Assembly (NCBI GenBank): GCA_964016885.1
Contig: OZ024741.1
Coordinates: 328,910,001-328,974,000 of the forward strand
DNA length: 64,000 nt
Direction of reading: 5' to 3'
Origin: Eledone cirrhosa
Taxonomy: Eukaryota
The first letter of the stretch is position 1. Each line of letters opens with the position of its first letter. The notes beneath the pieces were generated by a model, which did not search any database, was not told the DNA's origin, and saw nothing but the letters and a program-made list of their open reading frames with translations. Positions 52,686-64,000 of this stretch are shown piece after piece. The position numbers and the translations under genes were made by a program.

Positions 52686-54033
52686 ATGGTGGCTGCCAAC
52701 TCGTTTTCGAGTACGGCCACTACTTTATATCCATGTAGGAGAACCCTTACCGATGCGCTGAACGAGTGTGACTTTTTAGTCCAGCCAGCGACTTGAAAAC
52801 TCTGGTACAAACACTACACTTGTGACAATTATTGACACATAGTGCTTGGCCCATGGTACCATGTGACGACAAGTGCAGAGAGATCTCCAGATATAAAGCA
52901 ATGCCTGTGCCGTGAAGCTTTTATAGTGAGCAAAGGCACTGTACAAAGCCAGTCCCACTCTCTTAACCAAGATGATATTTACCAAAAAGAAGAACAAGTC
53001 AACATCACTGGATACCATCAGGGTTGCAGGTGTTATATCAGAGTTTTCCTTCTCCTAGAATTCTGCCTTGACAAAGGCTAAGGGGTCATCTTTCCCGGTG
53101 ATTTGGGATGGCCATTGACTCTTAAGAGCTCCTTTGCCCTTTGACAGGTTTTGTTTTTAGTCCTGCAGGATGTCCAAAGTCACCCTCTTCACCAAGAAAC
53201 CTTGGTGGGGTTGCCAGTTTAGTTGCCAACGACATTCATACATACATACATACATACATACATACATACATACATACATACATACATACATACATACATA
53301 CATACATACATACATACATACATACATACATACATAACCTTGCCACCAGGAAGGTGGCCGGTCAAAAAAATATACTCGAAATTAAGAGAAAGAGAAAACA
53401 TACATACATACATACATACATACATGGTGGCTGCCAACTCGTTTTCGAGTACGGCCACTACTTTATATCCATGTAGGAGAACCCCTACCAATGCGCTGAA
53501 CGAGTGTGACTTTTTAGTCCAGCCAGCGACTTGAAAACTCTGGTACAAACACTACACCTGTGACAATTATTAACACATAGTGCTGGGGCCCTGGTACCAT
53601 GTGACGACAAGTGCAGAGAGATCTCCAGATATAAAGCAATGCCTGTGCTGTGAAGCTTTTATAGTGAGCAAAGGCACTGCACAAAGCCAGTCCCACTCTC
53701 TTAACCAAGATGATATTTACCAAAAAGAAGAACAATTCAACATCATTGGATACCATCAGGGTTGCAGGTGTTATATCAGAGTTTTCCTTCTCCTAGAATT
53801 CTGCCTTGAGAAAGGCTAAGGGGTCATCTCTCCCGGTGATTTTGGATGGCTATTGACTCTTAAGAGCCCCTTTGCCTTTTGACAGGTTTTGTTTTTAGTC
53901 CTGCAGGATGTCCAAAGCCACCCTCCTCACCAAGAAACCTTGGTGGGGTTGCCAGTTTAGTCGCCAACGACCCGACCATGAGACAGGTTGTACTGGGATA
54001 CATGTTACCAGTAGCACCAACTGGTGACCTGAC
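52686..54033 (-). repeat. Two tandem copies (52686-53232, 53424-54033) of a ~0.6-kb non-coding element embedded in (TACA)n
   Basis: Direct repeat with offset 738 bp. Each copy ends in (TATG)n on the minus strand. Contains CTAGGAGAAGGAAAACTCTG, a motif I associate with RTE-clade 5' UTRs (from memory). Strand inferred. Confidence 0.7.
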
Positions 54034-54081
54034 ATAATACATACATGCATACATACATACATACATACATACATACATACA

Positions 54082-54112
<31 letters not shown>

Positions 54113-54389
54113 TGGTAAAAATTTGTGAAATTATAAAACCAGAAGAACATACATACACACATACATACATAGACATAGAAAAAGCAACATTTTCAAATAT
54201 ATCTGAACTATAATGAAAAACAATAAGATGTATTCTAATGACAGTTCTAATTAGATTCTGAAAAGACAATTTGATTTCTACTGTGAAATTTTTTGGATTA
54301 GTAATGAAAACAATCGGGAATATTGCAGGTGTTTGATTCTAGTATATATCTATCCATCTATATGTATATATATATATATATATATGTAT

Positions 54390-54441
<52 letters not shown>

Positions 54442-54554
54442 TTTTTAGAAAGATGTAATCGTAGAGAAACACAGGTTTATATATGTAAGAATAGTGCTAC
54501 AGAAATACACAAACAAATAAAGAACATACAAGCACACGCACACGCACACTATAT

Positions 54555-54955
54555 ATATTAAAACACAAATATTAATAAAATATGTTCTTTTGTTCAATTA
54601 GATTTTATTATACATATTTTGGATGTACAACAGTACGTCCTCATCAGACAAAATATAATGACATACCCTGAGATGTTAAATAGTTAAGATTTAATCAAGG
54701 TAGTCTACCTTGATTAAATCTTAACCATTTAACATCTCAGGGTATGTCATGTTTCATTATATTTTGTCTGATGAGGATGTACTGTTGTACATACGAAATA
54801 TGTATAATAAAATGTAATTGATCAAAAGAACATCTATTTTATTAATATTTGGATTTTAATATTAATAACTCTTGAAAATTATTTACCATAGAGTGCTTCC
54901 AATCTACTGTAAAACTCATTCTTTGATATACTCATTGAATCTTGTTTAACTCTTT
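54555..54955. repeat. Fold-back of hammerhead family H1 terminal repeat
   Basis: Arms 54555-54703 and 54705-54862 around a single T. The right arm continues in homology with 18880-19010. Confidence 0.88.
54757..54817 (+). ncRNA. Type I hammerhead ribozyme fold (family H1)
   Basis: TTATATTTTGT-CTGATGA(54768-54774)-GGATGTAC-TGTT-GTACATAC-GAAA-TATGTA-TA^ATAAAATGTAA. The mirror copy on the left arm has GAAA changed to AAAA. Confidence 0.83.
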
Positions 54956-54956
54956 A

Positions 54957-55114
<158 letters not shown>

Positions 55115-55129
55115 TATATAATATATATA

Positions 55130-55160
<31 letters not shown>

Positions 55161-55232
55161 GTATTTATATAAATGTAAGTATGCATGTATACGTACATAC
55201 ATATATGTATACAGACGTACAGTAGCATGCAC

Positions 55233-55267
<35 letters not shown>

Positions 55268-55424
55268 TATACATATGCATACAGGTACACATACATATAT
55301 GCACGTATCAGTTTAGCGGCGCTAACGTCGCTTTGTTCGTTTGTAAACAAACTGAACAGCCTGAATTTATGCCATACGGTGTTAAGGCAACCACGTCACC
55401 TTTTTGTTCAACACTGACACAGGA

Positions 55425-55467
55425 ACGATGTACTAGTTTCAAGCTTGTTAGCTATCATCAGCACCGT
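55425..55467 (-). ncRNA. Minimal type I hammerhead, unit 1 (core intact)
   Basis: ACGGTG-CTGATGA-TAGCT-AACA-AGCTT-GAAA-CTAG-TA^CATCGT. Confidence 0.85.
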
Positions 55468-55705
55468 TTACCCATCTGCCAGATAGTTGAACGTTCGAAA
55501 GTATATACTTTCCTTATGAAAATTAACGGCTGAGCAGCCTAATTTGCATATTGAGTGAGTTAAATCGGTTAGGCATACCGAAAACGATAAATTGAAACAA
55601 AATGAAAACGAAATTTCATTTCTCACTCTTAGTATGGCACTTACTTAAATGTAAGTATGCATGTATACGTACATACATATATGTATACAGACGTACAGTA
55701 GCATG

Positions 55706-55745
<40 letters not shown>

Positions 55746-55902
55746 TATACATATGCATACAGGTACACATACATATATGCACGTATCAGTTTAGCGGCGC
55801 TAACGTCGCTTTGTTCGTTTGTAAACAAACTGAACAGCCTGAATTTATGCCATACGGTGTTAAGGCAACCACGTCACCTTTTTGTTCAACACTGACACAG
55901 GA

Positions 55903-55945
55903 ACGATGTACTAGCTTCAAGCTTGTTAGCTATCATCAGCACCGT
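55903..55945 (-). ncRNA. Minimal type I hammerhead, unit 2 (GAAA>GAAG variant)
   Basis: As unit 1, but the plus strand reads CTAGCTTC. Confidence 0.7.
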
Positions 55946-56183
55946 TTACCCATCTGCCAGATAGTTGAACGTTCGAAAGTATATACTTTCCTTATGAAAA
56001 TTAACGGCTGAGCAGCCTAATTTGCATATTGAGTGAGTTAAATCGGTTAGGCATACCGAAAACGATAAATTGAAACAAAATGAAAACGAAATTTCATTTC
56101 TCACTCTTAGTATGGCACTTACTTAAATGTAAGTATGCATGTATACGTACATACATATATGTATACAGACGTACAGTAGCATG

Positions 56184-56223
<40 letters not shown>

Positions 56224-56380
56224 TATACATATGCATACAGGTACACATACATATATGCACGTATCAGTTTAGCGGCGCTAACGTCGCTTTGTTCGTTTGT
56301 AAACAAACTGAACAGCCTGAATTTATGCCATACGGTGTTAAGGCAACCACGTCACCTTTTTGTTCAACACTGACACAGGA

Positions 56381-56423
56381 ACGATGTACTAGTTTCAAGC
56401 TTGTTAGCTATCATCAGCACCGT
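56381..56423 (-). ncRNA. Minimal type I hammerhead, unit 3 (core intact)
   Basis: Identical to unit 1. Confidence 0.85.
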
Positions 56424-56664
56424 TTACCCATCTGCCAGATAGTTGAACGTTCGAAAGTATATACTTTCCTTATGAAAATTAACGGCTGAGCAGCCTAATT
56501 TGCATATTGAGTGAGTTAAATCGGTTAGGCATACCGAAAACGATAAATTGAAACAAAATGAAAACGAAATTTCATTTCTCACTCTTAGTATGGCACTTAC
56601 TTAAATGTAAGTATGCATGTATACGTACATACATATATGTATACAGACGTACAGTAGCATGCAC

Positions 56665-56697
<33 letters not shown>

Positions 56698-56854
56698 TAT
56701 ACATATGCATACAGGTACACATACATATATGCACGTATCAGTTTAGCGGCGCTAACGTCGCTTTGTTCGTTTGTAAACAAACTGAACAGCCTGAATTTAT
56801 GCCATACGGTGTTAAGGCAACCACGTCACCTTTTTGTTCAACACTGACACAGGA

Positions 56855-56897
56855 ACGATGTACTAGTTTCAAGCTTGTTAGCTATCATCAGCACCGT
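56855..56897 (-). ncRNA. Minimal type I hammerhead, unit 4 (core intact)
   Basis: Identical to unit 1. Confidence 0.85.
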
Positions 56898-57038
56898 TTA
56901 CCCATCTGCCAGATAGTTGAACGTTCGAAAGTATATACTTTCCTTATGAAAATTAACGAACAAAGCGACGTTAGCGCCGCTAAACTGATACGTGCATATA
57001 TGTATGTGTACCTGTATGCATATGTATATATATGTGTA

Positions 57039-57069
<31 letters not shown>

Positions 57070-57310
57070 GTGCATGCTACTGTACGTCTGTATACATATA
57101 TGTATGTACGTATACATGCATACTTACATTTAAGTAAGTGCCATACTAAGAGTGAGAAATGAAATTTCGTTTTCATTTTGTTTCAATTTATCGTTTTCGG
57201 TATGCCTAACCGATTTAACTCACTCAATATGCAAATTAGGCTGCTCAGCCGTTAATTTTCATAAGGAAAGTATATACTTTCGAACGTTCAACTATCTGGC
57301 AGATGGGTAA

Positions 57311-57353
57311 ACGGTGCTGATGATAGCTAACAAGCTTGAAGCTAGTACATCGT
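57311..57353 (+). ncRNA. Minimal type I hammerhead, inverted arm (GAAG variant)
   Basis: ACGGTG-CTGATGA-TAGCTAACAAGCTT-GAAG-CTAG-TA-CATCGT. Confidence 0.7.
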
Positions 57354-57510
57354 TCCTGTGTCAGTGTTGAACAAAAAGGTGACGTGGTTGCCTTAACACC
57401 GTATGGCATAAATTCAGGCTGTTCAGTTTGTTTACAAACGAACAAAGCGACGTTAGCGCCGCTAAACTGATACGTGCATATATGTATGTGTACCTGTATG
57501 CATATGTATA

Positions 57511-57550
<40 letters not shown>

Positions 57551-57788
57551 CATGCTACTGTACGTCTGTATACATATATGTATGTACGTATACATGCATA
57601 CTTACATTTAAGTAAGTGCCATACTAAGAGTGAGAAATGAAATTTCGTTTTCATTTTGTTTCAATTTATCGTTTTCGGTATGCCTAACCGATTTAACTCA
57701 CTCAATATGCAAATTAGGCTGCTCAGCCGTTAATTTTCATAAGGAAAGTATATACTTTCGAACGTTCAACTATCTGGCAGATGGGTAA

Positions 57789-57831
57789 ACGGTGCTGATG
57801 ATAGCTAACAAGCTTGAAACTAGTACATCGT
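57789..57831 (+). ncRNA. Minimal type I hammerhead, inverted arm (core intact)
   Basis: ACGGTG-CTGATGA-TAGCTAACAAGCTT-GAAA-CTAG-TA^CATCGT. Confidence 0.85.
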
Positions 57832-57988
57832 TCCTGTGTCAGTGTTGAACAAAAAGGTGACGTGGTTGCCTTAACACCGTATGGCATAAATTCAGGCTGT
57901 TCAGTTTGTTTACAAACGAACAAAGCGACGTTAGCGCCGCTAAACTGATACGTGCATATATGTATGTGTACCTGTATGCATATGTATA

Positions 57989-58023
<35 letters not shown>

Positions 58024-58151
58024 GTGCATGCTACTGTACGTCTGTATACATATATGTATGTACGTATACATGCATACTTACATTTAAGTAAGTGCCATAC
58101 TAAGAGTGAGAAATGAAATTTCGTTTTCATTTTGTTTCAATTTATTGTATT

Positions 58152-58220
<69 letters not shown>

Positions 58221-58298
58221 GGTAAACAAATAACAACGCAATCGGTACAGTATATGGCAGGAATATATCAGATTAACGCTTGAAATACCAGGAAAAGG

Positions 58299-58336
58299 TT
58301 CTTAACGTTTCGGACGCTAGTCCTTCATCAGAAGAA
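58299..58336 (-). ncRNA. Minimal type I hammerhead fold, separate family
   Basis: TTCTT-CTGATGA-A-GGAC-TAGC-GTCC-GAAA-CG-TT^AAGAA. Stem III is the palindrome AACGTT. Confidence 0.7.
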
Positions 58337-59448
58337 AGAATGAGAAATAAGATAGATTGAAAGGACGGGTGGGTTGTAATTGGAAAATGTGTCTTTAGAT
58401 AAAAGTAACCGCTCCATTCATGTTGACATATCTCATCTCTTTCATCGAGGATTGCCACGATGAATGAGGTGAGCTAGTGTGAGAGGCTAAAAGAAATGAA
58501 ACTCTACTCTTTGGGAGGAAGGCGGGAGGGTTACGCAGTGATATACATATGGAAGATTCTAGAACGACCACCACCAAACCTTGGCTTTGAGAGCTGGACC
58601 AGCCCCGAACAGGGCATCATTGTGTGATGCCAAATGTCCGGTTTTTCGCATCTAGAATTGGGAGCAGATATTGCAATAGCCTGGGAAGTTTAATAAAATT
58701 GTTTTGAAGAGGTTTTTGATATTTTCAATGAGATTTCAAAGGTTTTTTTCTGCCGTCTGAGAAGCTCAGGCTATCGACATTGGTAGTCCTCAACAAAATA
58801 TGCATCGTGGAGATAAAATAAATCTAAATCAAATGCTTATAGCCTCCGATCGTTTCATTACTATATGTATATATGTATAAATATATACATATACGTGTGT
58901 GTGCGTGTATAACAAAGAGTGTGTGGTAAGATATCAGGTGGACCATAATGCACCAGAGAACTCAATACCTAAGGTAGTAGTGTGGGTAATAGGAAAAGAG
59001 TTAGGACCCCGACCGCTTAGCTCCGGCCGGAGCTCAGCCGTCGGGGTCCTGACACTTTCCCTATATATATAATATATATATCTTTCCAACATAAAGCGTG
59101 ACTCGGACCTTTGTTTGTCCTTTGTGATCCTGTCTCTATTTTGTACTCCCGAAGAAGGGCTTAATCCTGACACGTCGAACTTCCTTCCTTCTTTCCTATA
59201 TAAAACTAATAAGACTTTTTGTACTTCTGTTTGTTATATTCTTGAACTATATTTTAAACGGCAATCCATGTATTTCGAAACTAACATTTACCTACGCCTT
59301 GTAACTGCTCTATTTTACTATCCTGTCCAGCCAGCGCTTTGCCCACGTATCTCGAATATTTGGAATTTTATTGAACTGCTCTTTTCTGCACTAATCTCCC
59401 GTGACCTTTTATACCTTCTCCCTCCCTCTCTGTCTCTCTCTCTCTCTC

Positions 59449-59485
<37 letters not shown>

Positions 59486-59751
59486 TTCTCTTTCACTCCC
59501 CCTCTCTCTCTCTCTCTTTGCCTCTAACCTGTTTGTGTCACCTTTCGTGTTTTGCTCACTCGTTCCTTTTTTTTCTATTTTCGATTTTTATTTTGTCTTT
59601 GCTCGGACCTGTTTTCTATTTCTCCTTTGTAATCCCGTCTCTATTTCATACTTCTGAAGAAGGGCGTAAGCCTGGCACGTCGAATTTTCTTTCCTTTTTC
59701 CAATATAAAGCGTGAAACTAATAGCACTTTTTGTTAGCTGTCGGCTTCAAC

Positions 59752-59821
<70 letters not shown>

Positions 59822-59911
59822 CATATAATACATATATATATATACATATAATACATATATATATATACATATAATACATACATATAATACATATATATAT
59901 ATATACATATA

Positions 59912-59976
<65 letters not shown>

Positions 59977-60028
59977 TATATATATGCATATATATATATA
60001 TATATACACATATATATAATATATACAC

Positions 60029-60108
<80 letters not shown>

Positions 60109-60112
<4 letters not shown>

Positions 60113-60239
60113 CGTTTCTGAATTTGTTTAGCTAGATTCTTCATCTGAAATCGTGTGTTGAAACCGATATTGTTATACTTTGAAAGCAACTGGTGCGTGT
60201 GTATCTTATTGGCAACATGACCCTCCCAAAGTAATAACA

Positions 60240-60302
<63 letters not shown>

Positions 60303-60362
60303 CACATACACATACATATATATATATATGTATGTGTATGTGTATATATATATATATATATG

Positions 60363-60407
<45 letters not shown>

Positions 60408-60529
60408 ATACTTTGGGAGGGTCATGTTGCCAATAAGAAACACACGCACCAGTTGCTTTCAAAGTATAACAATATCGGTTTCAACACACGATTTCAGATA
60501 AAGAATCTAGCTAAACAAATTCAGAAACG

Positions 60530-60533
<4 letters not shown>
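60109..60533. repeat. Inverted repeat (~130-bp arms) enclosing and flanked by (TA)n-type tracts
   Basis: 60109-60240 is the reverse complement of 60403-60533 with few differences. Confidence 0.9.
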
Positions 60534-60565
<32 letters not shown>

Positions 60566-60579
60566 TATATGTATATATG

Positions 60580-60651
<72 letters not shown>

Positions 60652-60656
<5 letters not shown>

Positions 60657-60708
60657 AGTATGCATGTATACGTACATACATATATGTATACAGACGTACA
60701 GTAGCATG

Positions 60709-60742
<34 letters not shown>

Positions 60743-61270
60743 CATATGCATACAGGTACACATACATATATGCACGTATCAGTTTAGCGGCGCTTATTAT
60801 AACGTCGCTTTGTTCGTTTGTAAACAAACTGAACAGCCTGAATTTATGCCATACGGTGTTAAGGCAACCACGTCACCTTTTTGTTCAACACTGACACAGG
60901 ATCGATGTACTAGTTTCAAGCTTGTTAGCTATCATCAGCACCGTTTACCCATCTGCCAGATAGTTGAACGTTCGAAAGTATATACTTTCCTTATGAAAAT
61001 TAACGGCTGAGCAGCCTAATTTGCATATTGAGTGAGTTAAATCGGTCAGGCATACCGAAAACGATAAATTGAAACAAAATGAAAACGAAATTTCATTTCT
61101 CACTCTTAGTATGGCACTTACTTAAATGTAAGTATGCATGTATACGTACATACATATATGTATACAGACGTACAGTAGCATGCACATATATATATATATA
61201 TATATATACATATACATATGCATACAGGTACACATACATATATGCACGTATCAGTTTAGCGGCGCTTATT
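60652..61270 (-). repeat. About 1.3 further units of the 478-bp repeat, intact hammerhead at 60902-60944
   Basis: Near-identical to 55170-55800, with a small TTATTAT variant after GCGGCGC. Confidence 0.9.
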
Positions 61271-61280
61271 ATAGCGGCGC

Positions 61281-61671
61281 ATATGCCAATCTGGTTCAAT
61301 GGTAGGTTAATAAATTAACGAGCCAGAACATATATAATCAAGGTTTAGCAAATAAGAAAAAGTTTCAAAATAAATTTTAAAAGATTCACTGTACTCACTT
61401 TGGTTACCTTTACCGAATCGGTTTCGAGTCTCAAAAATAAATGGACAGTCCTTGCGGCCTTCCATTGAAAAGATAAACTCCCGTCAGAAGGCTCTTTTCA
61501 CTCGGAGAATATAAAATTCCCGAGTTCAAATTACGAAATGGCGCTATTCAAAATTGTTCCCGAGATGAGAATGAAAATTTATTTTGAAACTTTTTCTTAT
61601 TTGCTAAACCTTGATTATATATGTTCTGGCTCGTTAATTTATTAACCTACCATTGAACCAGATTGGCATAT
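61281..61671. repeat. Inverted repeat, ~98-bp arms with ~195-bp spacer
   Basis: ATATGCCAATCTGG..AAATAAATTTT (61281-61378) versus AAAATTTATTT..CCAGATTGGCATAT (61574-61671). Confidence 0.9.
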
Positions 61672-61731
61672 GGTTGGACAATACATGTGTCCCTAGACGC
61701 TTTTTGCGTGTAGGCATGTATACTTTATTAT

Positions 61732-61778
<47 letters not shown>

Positions 61779-61796
61779 ATATATATATAAATACAT

Positions 61797-61858
<62 letters not shown>

Positions 61859-61859
61859 A

Positions 61860-62182
61860 AGTATGACCCCCGACGGCAGAGCTCAAGCCGTTTCGACGGC
61901 TATTTCTGGACGTCGAAACGGCTTGAGCTCTGCCGTGGGGTCATACATTTTCCTATTTCCCACTCTACTACCCTAAGTATTGAGTACTCTGGTGTGTTAT
62001 GGTCTATCTGGTTCCTTACCGCAATTCCTTTGTTATATATATATATATATATATAGGAACGTCGAAACGGCTTGAGCTCAGCCGTCGGGGTCCTACTCGT
62101 TCCTATTACCCACTCTACTACCTTAAGTATTGAGTACTTTGGTGCGTTATGGTCCACCTGGTTCCTTACCGCAATTCCTTTG

Positions 62183-62219
<37 letters not shown>

Positions 62220-62347
62220 AACGTCGAAACGGCTTGAGCTCAGCCGTTGGGGTCCTACTCGTTCCTATTACCCACTCTACTACCTTAAGTATTGAGTACT
62301 TTGGTGCGTTATGGTCCACCTGGTTCCTTACCACATTTCCTTCGTTA
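61860..62347. repeat. Family U1: short inverted segment plus three tandem ~150-160-bp units separated by (TA)n
   Basis: Units start ACGTCGAAACGGCTTGAGCTC at about 61910, 62059 and 62221. Dispersed copies at about 19025-19075, 38640-38775, 48655-48837, 51720-51820 and 58935-59060. Confidence 0.85.
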
Positions 62348-62353
62348 TATATA

Positions 62354-62402
<49 letters not shown>

Positions 62403-62749
62403 TTAAAGAGAGGACCACTATCATACATGCATTTTTCAAGAACACACATTAATTACAGATGGCGGACTTCATCCACTTTAAGTCTCTCTGTAACTGTAAC
62501 ACATTACAAATAATAAATCAAATTACAGAGAATATTTTCTATTCAAATTTTTTATTGATTTATTATTGGATCTTTATTTATTTATTTATTGCCTTTTCGA
62601 TTTCAGTTAAAATGCTGTGCATTTCCTGTAAAATGTATGTATCGCAGAATTTCCTGTTGAAAGATGCAGCGAGAAGATGAGGGAGACGAAGGGGAATATG
62701 AGTTGCAGAAAAGTGTATAGATAGATGAATAAATAGATTGGCTGATAGA

Positions 62750-64000
<1,251 letters not shown>

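Larger units (their letters stand above)
55170..58143. repeat. 478-bp tandem repeat array, palindromic overall; retrozyme-like
   Basis: About 3.7 units at 55170-56958 (periods 478, 478, 474), inversion junction at AACG 56955-56958, then about 2.5 inverted units to 58143. Confidence 0.95.

Noticed and set aside
55165-58130. Repeated 60-184 aa ORFs in the 478-bp array as a peptide gene family
   Set aside because: Frames depend on TA-repeat length, change between units and have no recognisable domain.
61900-62347. CRISPR-like array
   Set aside because: Units are ~150 bp with (TA)n rather than unique spacers, the context is eukaryotic, and there are no cas genes.

Overview
Gene-free, repeat-saturated eukaryotic DNA. 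The SINE motifs and (TA)n/(TTA)n richness resemble octopus/cephalopod DNA (inference). No host protein-coding exon was recognised. Bases 1-36.7 kb are two related, partly duplicated nests (offset 20,813 bp at their left ends) of non-LTR retrotransposons stacked in (TTA)n tracts. They contain R4/Dong-clade RT+REL elements (all minus strand, two families) and Tx1/L1-clade APE+RT elements (all plus strand, one with two intact ORFs at 21981-28004). Each nest abuts a decayed Naiad-type Penelope-like element (PLE). Bases 36.7-64 kb are (TA)n/(TG)n microsatellite DNA holding tRNA-derived SINEs, a near-complete Naiad-type PLE with an inverted terminal repeat, a deleted Tc1 element and many fold-back repeats. 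The most striking signal is non-coding: a 478-bp tandem repeat (55170-58143, with further copies near 40 kb and 60.7 kb) in which each complete unit carries a type I minimal hammerhead ribozyme fold and most units also carry an octamer motif. The array is arranged as a head-to-head palindrome, i.e. a retrozyme-like array. Other hammerhead-bearing repeat families share the same tail-out fold-back geometry as the local PLE. All ribozyme calls are from manual base-pairing, not computation or experiment.
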